Source: Candidatus Marinacidobacterium sp.
GTDB lineage: Bacteria > Acidobacteriota > Vicinamibacteria > Marinacidobacterales > Marinacidobacteraceae
DNA length: 64,000 nt
Assembly (NCBI GenBank): GCA_965204755.1
Contig: OZ242011.1
Location: forward strand, 3,552,001 to 3,616,000
Direction: 5' to 3'
Part shown: positions 58,216 to 64,000 of the stretch, in pieces
Layout of the letters: the number at the start of each line of letters is the position of its first letter
Numbering within the stretch: position 1 is the first letter of the stretch
Translations under genes and position numbers: made by a program
The notes under the pieces: generated by a model
What the model was told of the DNA's origin: nothing
Database searches by the model: none
The model's input: the letters and a program-made list of their open reading frames with translations, nothing else

Positions 58216-60432
58216 TTACCGGTGGCGCTCGTTCGCTGATTGTGGAGTTCGTTCCTCGGCGGCGCGTTCAGTGTTCAGGGCAAGGAGGCGGGCGAGAACT
58301 TCGTCGTGCACCTCGTCCGGCCAACGGTAGCGCCACCGTTTCCCCGCACCCGATAGCGGTACCTGGTTGCCTCTGTCATCGTGATCGACGAGAAACTCGC
58401 ACTTCGTAGGAATGTCGTTCCAGCCGTAGGCGGCGAGGACGGCACTGTCCATCGCCTCGTGAAGTTCGCGGAGGCGGTGGATCGCAGGATCATGCTCGTC
58501 GGGCGCATGAAAGCGGTTGTACGTCTTAGTCAGTCCCTCCCTCCGCGCGCTCATATATTTCGCCCGCCATGCGTCGTACTGGTGCCCGGCAGTCTCGAGA
58601 TTTGTACGGGTCTGCCACTTCTCGGGAAGAGGAAAAGTGTCGAAGCAAGTGGACGGGTGGTAGTCCCCTCGCGATGAACCGAAGAAGCGCGCCCAGATCT
58701 CATGTAGACGGGATTGGAGGACACAATAGGTAGCATAGGTCTCAAGCGCGAAGATGATCAGGGAGTGTTGATAGATCATCTCGGTCGGGAGAAACGCGAA
58801 CGCCGTGTGTGAACTCACACTGGCGATAGCCAAGACACGGGAAAGTCCGTGCGTCGCGGCGTAGAGATGCGTGCGATGGTCCCCATAGCGCCACCAACGA
58901 TCACTGTGGGACTTGCGGCGTTGACGCAGACGCTCGGGGCGGACTTTGTGTTTGACGATCTCCAAGATGTCTGGCCAGTCCTCGGCAACCGGGTCGGGGT
59001 AGTCCAGCGGCACGACCGTCTGGCGCCGCATGTGATTTCGTTCGCGGTCATCGGCGCGTGACCACAACCGACCGATGTCGTCGCGCCGAAGGGGCCAGTC
59101 CTGGAAGTCGATGGCGTAGCGGTGATGTGCGTGAGTAGGACTGGTGTTCAGTTCGAGCCCGCCGATGGTGGGGTGAACGACGTTTCGGTTTCGCTCGTCA
59201 CTCCGAAAGAGGTGTCTCATCGTGCTCAGAGGTGTGGCGGCATCGCTTCGTGCGAAGTCGTCGAAGGTGAACCCCATGCCGTGAAGAAAACTGCCGACGA
59301 AACTCTTTCCGCGATTTGAGTCTAAGGAAACCGGACCGCGATCGCTGCCCGAGTGAAACAGAAATGCGGTAATTCGGTCAACCGGACGCCCGTTCAGGTG
59401 TCGGCGTAGAGGGAACGCACCCTTGCGGACATGAGCGACACTCACGAAGACGGTGGCGGGGCCGGGCCAGCTCAGGCGAGTTCGTGCGTCGTAGATTGTT
59501 CCGCCTGACTCGCAGATAGTTTGTAGGCCGTGGACGCGGGTGTCACCAGTGGTGATCTCGCTAGTGGCGATGAGGCCGAAGTGACCTTGATCGCGGAGCA
59601 GGGAAAAGGCTTGCCGGAGGAAATGGGCGGCGAGATCAGCATTGCTCGTGCGTGATCGGTGACGAGTGGCCAGCCAGTCGCGGTACTGTGAGCCGAGGAC
59701 TGTGCTGATTCGTTTTCCGCCCAGAAAAGGCGGATTGGAGACGATCGCGTCAAATCCGGGATTCTGGCGGCCAAAGACCTCCGGGAACTCGACTTCCCAA
59801 TGGAAGGGAGCAAACGGTGGATCGTGGGTTCGCTGTTCTTCGAGCGATGGCCGTAGCTCGGCCGCGGTATCGTTGAGAACGAGGAGGGCAAGTTCGCGAA
59901 GTCTTCTGCTCCGAGCGGCCGGCCGAGTGCTGTGGAAGAAGGCGGAGAGAGCCAAATCACCGTAGAGAGTGACATTCGCCGCCGCGTCCCGTGCCTCGCG
60001 CTCCCAGTCGCGGAGTCGCCGGTCCGGCGTGTCGGGTTCGGCGGTTTGAATGCGCCGGCGGAATTCGGTGACCTTCCGGACCTGGTTGGAGACGATTTCT
60101 GCCTCGAAACGCTGTTGAATGGGTTCGCCGTCGGCGAACCAGTGGAATCTGTCGATCTGCTTTTGGGACAGTCCCACGAGGGAATCGCCCGCCCGGAGGG
60201 CGTGGTCGACAAAGCTGAGCGGCTGGTCTTTGGCCAGCGTGGCCAACCAGAGGGACAACTTAGCGAGGTCCACGGCGATGGGGTTTCTGTCCACACCGTA
60301 GAGGCACCGACGGACGATCAGCCGCCGAGCGAAGGTCTCGTCGTCTTGGTCAGAGGGTATCTCTGGGCGGTCCCCGTGGTGGCACCAGGACTCGGTCAGT
60401 TGTCGGCCCAAATGGCGGCAGACTTCGACTAG
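58216..60432 (-). pseudogene. drmMI: DISARM adenine methyltransferase DrmMI, C-terminal part (cut off by IS1634)
   Basis: VEVCRHL...CLYGVD.NP.AV.LAKLSLWL, GDSL, FHW..EFPEVF, GFDAIVSNPPF (motif IV) and MmeI-like C-terminus LARLLALN. Confidence 0.88.
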
Positions 60433-60523
60433 GCCGAAGTTCCAGCCCGAAGAGCGCTTCAAGCCCTTGTGCGCCAACGAGTTCCGCCCGTTTCGGAGGA
60501 GCATATTGTAGCCAGTAAATGAC

Positions 60524-60552
60524 TTGCTTTCCGCTCCGGACGACCTTACGAT
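60524..60552 (+). promoter_or_regulatory. Putative transposase promoter
   Basis: TTGCTT-17 nt-TACGAT, with the ATG 9 nt downstream (very short leader). Confidence 0.45.
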
Positions 60553-60561
60553 TCCCCCGAG

Positions 60562-62319
60562 ATGCCCCGGAGGAAGAGCCCCGGTCATGTCGCCAAGATC
60601 GTCCACAGACGGAACGGCAAGACCTACACCTCCTACCTCCTCCGGCGGTCCTACCGCGAAGGCGGCAAGGTCAGGCACGACACCTACGGCAACATCTCCC
60701 ACTTCCCGCCGCATCTCATCGATGTCGTCCGACGGGCGCTCGGCGGCGAGACCCTGGTCCCCGCCGGCGAGGCGTTCGCCTGTGAGCGCTCCCTCCCCCA
60801 CGGCGCCGCCGCGGCCGCCCTCGGCCTGCTCCGCGCCCTGGGCCTCGACCGCGCCCTCGCCGCCCGCCGCTCCCGCCAGCGCGACCTCGCCGTGGCGATG
60901 ATCGTCGCCAGCCTGCTCGAACCCCGAACCAAACTGGCCACCGCCCGCGCCCTCCGCCCGGAGACCGCCGCCTCCTCCCTGGGCCAGCTGCTCGACCTGG
61001 GGGAGGTGGACGAGAACGACCTGTATGCCGCCCTGGACTGGCTGGGCCGGCGGCAGGCGGCGGTGGAGGCCCGGCTCGCCGGGCGGCACCTGCGCCGGGG
61101 CTCGTTGGTGCTCTACGACCTGAGCTCCTCCTGGTTCGAGGGGCGCTGCTGCCCGCTGGCGGCGCGGGGCTACAGCCGGGACGGCAAGCGGGGGACGCGG
61201 CAGGTGGTGTTCGGGCTGTTGTGCTCGGCCGAGGGGTGCCCGGTGGCGGTGGAGGTGTTCGAGGGGAACACCGTGGACTCGGCGACGGTGACGGCCCAGG
61301 TGGAGAAGTTGCGGGAGCGGTTCGGGCTCTCGCGGGTGGTGCTGGTGGGGGATCGGGGGATGCTGACCGAGGCCCGGATCCGGGAGGACCTGTCCGGGGT
61401 CCCGGGGCTGGGCTGGATCACCGCGCTGCGCTCCACCGACCTCCGCCGACTGGTGCGGACCGGGACGGTGCAGCCCTCGCTGTTCGAGGAGCGGGACCTG
61501 GCGGAAGTGCGGGCGCCGGAGTTCCCCGGGGAGCGGCTGGTGGTGTGCCGCAACCCCCGGGTGGCGGCGGACCGCCGGCGCACCCGGAAGGACCTTCTCA
61601 GGGTCACCGAGGCGGGGCTGGCCCGGCTGCGGGCGGCCACCCTCCGGGAGCGGGCGCCGCTGCGCCGCGAGCGCGCCATCATCGAGCGGGCCACCCGCAT
61701 CCTCGACCGCCACCGGATGCGGAAGCACTTCGAGATCGAAACCGGCCCCGGACACTTCGCCTTCCGCCGCCGCGAGGCCCGGATCGCCGAGGAGGCGGCC
61801 CTCGACGGCTTCTATGTGGTGCGCACCAATGTCCCCGCCGACGCCCTCCCCGCCCCCCGCGTCGTCGCCGCTTACAAGCAGCTCAGCGCGGTGGAGGCCG
61901 CCTTCCGCTCGTTCAAGACCTTCTCCCTGCACGTCCGCCCCATCCACCACTGGCGCGCCGACCGCGTCCGCGCCCACTTCTTCCTCCGCATGCTCGCCTA
62001 CCACCTCGAATGGCACCTGCGCCGCCGCCTCGCGCCGCTCCTCTTCCAGGAAGAAGACCCCGCCGCCGCCGAAGCCGCCCGCGAGTCCGTGGTCGCCCCC
62101 GCCGTCCGATCCCCCAAGACCCGAGCCAAGACCGCCGCCCGCAAGACCGAGGAGGGCTTCCCCCTCCACTCCTTCGACACCCTCCTCCAAGACCTCCGAA
62201 CCATCAGCCGCGTCACCGTCCGGATCGCCGACACCCAACACACCTTCGATCAGCTCACCGAACTCACCCCCCTCCAGCGCCGAGCCTTCGACCTCCTCGC
62301 CGTCTCCCCCAACCAGTAG
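60562..62319 (+). CDS. IS1634 family DDE transposase
   Basis: YLLRRSYREGGKVRH, LYDLSSSWFEG, GYSRD.K, FEGNT.D, VGDRGM, DG.YV.RTN, YK.L..VE.AFR and RP..H...RVRAH motifs. Confidence 0.93.
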   Translation: MPRRKSPGHVAKIVHRRNGKTYTSYLLRRSYREGGKVRHDTYGNISHFPPHLIDVVRRALGGETLVPAGEAFACERSLPHGAAAAALGLLRALGLDRALAARRSRQRDLAVAMIVASLLEPRTKLATARALRPETAASSLGQLLDLGEVDENDLYAALDWLGRRQAAVEARLAGRHLRRGSLVLYDLSSSWFEGRCCPLAARGYSRDGKRGTRQVVFGLLCSAEGCPVAVEVFEGNTVDSATVTAQVEKLRERFGLSRVVLVGDRGMLTEARIREDLSGVPGLGWITALRSTDLRRLVRTGTVQPSLFEERDLAEVRAPEFPGERLVVCRNPRVAADRRRTRKDLLRVTEAGLARLRAATLRERAPLRRERAIIERATRILDRHRMRKHFEIETGPGHFAFRRREARIAEEAALDGFYVVRTNVPADALPAPRVVAAYKQLSAVEAAFRSFKTFSLHVRPIHHWRADRVRAHFFLRMLAYHLEWHLRRRLAPLLFQEEDPAAAEAARESVVAPAVRSPKTRAKTAARKTEEGFPLHSFDTLLQDLRTISRVTVRIADTQHTFDQLTELTPLQRRAFDLLAVSPNQ

Positions 62320-62401
62320 TAGCCAGAAACCGAGCCCCGCCACACCCCCGAACCCCAAGAACTACAAGGGACTGAGCGCCTCAAGGCCCTGGAACTTCGG
62401 T

Positions 62402-64000
62402 CTAGGAAGGCTCCGGAACCCATGGCGATATCGCAGATCTTGAGGTCCAAAATGGCGGACGGGCGGGGTGGGGTGTCCTCATCATCACGGAGGCGGGCGA
62501 GGATCGGTTCCAAGGTGCGGCGGACGATTGGTTCGGTGAGCGATCGGGGCGTGTAGTGGGTGCCGGAGCGGCGGCGTTCGTTCGTCGGCTGAAGGATCAT
62601 CCGTCCGGTCCTGACGGGTTCCGGTGTGGCGGCCTTGTCGATGACCGGGTCGAGCGCGGCGTCGAGGGCGTCCATTGTGTTTGCGCCGCGGAGCGCCGCT
62701 TCCTGTTTGGGGGTGAGTTTCCGGTCGCTTCGTTTGCGGAGGAAGGCGGGGCGCTCTCGGGGCGGTGTAGCCAGGAGTTCGTCGAAGTTCAGGATTGCGG
62801 GGGCGCCGCCCTTCTTGGCGGCTCGGATGGCGCGGGAGCGGCCCTCGGCCTGTTCGAGGCGGAAGCCCATCATCGTTTCGTACACGGTGCCGATGTGTTC
62901 CACATCGAGCGCCCGGTAGGAGACGCGTTCGCCGTCGAGGACCAGCAGGTTCTCGAGCGCGCGGTGGATCGCGCCGTCGGGGATGAACGGCGGGTCTATC
63001 GGGGTAGTGAGGGGCGGGCCGATGCGCTGCTGGATCTGCCAACTGCCGGTTTCGCCGCGGCCTTCGAGGAACTTGTACTCGTCGGGGTCGAAGAGGACGC
63101 CCTGGCGGGCGGGGAGCCGCATCGCGCCGGACTTCGCGCCGGCGAACACCATGCGGAACAGCGAGAGAAGCCCGGCCCAGGCGCCGAACCGCTGTTCCAT
63201 CGTGTCCGGGTGCCTCGCGGCGTCTTCGCGGAGGCGCTCGTAGAGGCCGGTGAGCGAGTAGTGACGGAGGAAGACGCCGCTCTCGGCGGTCGGCAGCAGG
63301 TCGCGTTCCTCCGCGTAGAGGAGGAACACGAACCGGAGGACGACGGTGAGCAGGCCGCGGTAGATGCGGTTCGGCGCGGTCTTCAGGACTTCGGAGAGGA
63401 GCCGGCCGTCCGTCTTGTCGTCGGCGGTCTGGAGGCCGCGCAGCAACTCGTAGAGCGAGTGGAGCACCTGTTCGGCAAGGCGTTCGCTGACATCGTTCTG
63501 GTACTTGCGGCTCTTTTCCAGCAGGGCCGCGAGCCGCCGGTCGGTCGGCACGGCGAGGAGGCGCTGTTCGCCCAGCAGCAGCCGCATCGCGGAACAGATG
63601 GGGCGGCCGGCGGTCTCGGTCATCTGGGCGAAGCGGAAGTCGAGCCAACCGGAGTTCTCGCCTTCCGGGGCGGAGATCAGGCGCAGGGACCGTCCGTTGA
63701 AGATGAGGCCGGCCGGGACCTTCTTGGCGCGGAGCAGGCGCTCCATCTCGACTCCGGGGGAGAGGTCGGTGGCGGCGTCCCTGTCGTCGAACTTCCGGGT
63801 CGGGGGGAGGACGCGGACGAGGAGTTGGAAGTCGCTGTCGTCCTTGCCCTTCCGGACGGCGTAGTCCGGGCGGATCACTTGGTCGCCGCCGGGCAGTCGG
63901 ACTTCGAGGTCATCCGGGATCGGGGACTCCGGGGTTCCGGCGTACCCGGAAGGGAAGAAACGCCAACCGAGAGCGCCGCGGGCGAACGCTTCGAAGTCAG
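62402..64000 (-). pseudogene. drmMI: DISARM adenine methyltransferase DrmMI, N-terminal part (5' end outside window)
   Basis: Frame open to the window edge; RFVFLLYAEER.L, LDVEHIG.VYE, RRRSGTHYTP and DIAMGSGAFL (SAM-binding motif I) right at the IS junction. Confidence 0.88.

Larger units (their letters stand above)
60433..62401 (+). mobile_element. IS1634-family insertion sequence flanked by CTAG duplications
   Basis: Inverted repeats GCCGAAGTTCCAG (60433-60445) and CTGGAACTTCGGT (62389-62401); CTAG at 60429-60432 and 62402-62405. Removing the IS and one CTAG restores GSGAF-L-VEVC. Confidence 0.92.

Noticed and set aside
58216-62358. 1380-aa ORF as a single real gene
   Set aside because: It is the antisense frame of the IS1634 transposase joined to the drmMI C-half. 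The inverted repeats and CTAG duplications explain the junction.

Overview
A very GC-rich bacterial chromosome segment, probably Acidobacteriota (inferred from the GWxTD-TPR, CRTAC1/ASPIC-UnbV plus TPR and M14 peptidase gene content). Bases 1-27.8 kb are mostly housekeeping and metabolic genes: tRNA-Val(GAC)-thrS-infC-rpmI-rplT, zapA, thiL, gatCA, an agmatine-to-putrescine cluster, rfbB, ilvBNC and rpmB. A compositionally foreign NACHT/pentapeptide gene follows at 27.9-30.4 kb. The top finding is a minus-strand gene run at 30.4-35.4 kb: two Tat-exported PLP aminotransferases, two tandem rhodaneses, and a D-aminoacylase lipoprotein. In both rhodaneses the catalytic Cys codon is an in-frame UGA followed by the same 16-nt SECIS-like hairpin, so they are probable selenoproteins that the ORF track truncates. 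Next come a LigD whose ligase domain has lost its catalytic residues and a Tat FMN hydroxy-acid oxidase with a CxxCH motif. A defence island runs from about 48 kb to the end: a DISARM class 1 core (drmMI-drmA-drmB-drmC) with a membrane protein plus ImmA/IrrE peptidase inserted inside it, two trailing STAND ATPases, and drmMI split by an IS1634 element at a CTAG site. Resident genes visibly avoid ACGT and AGCT, whereas the NACHT gene, the IS and the C-terminal half of drmMI do not. All calls come from reading motifs by eye; no database searches were run.
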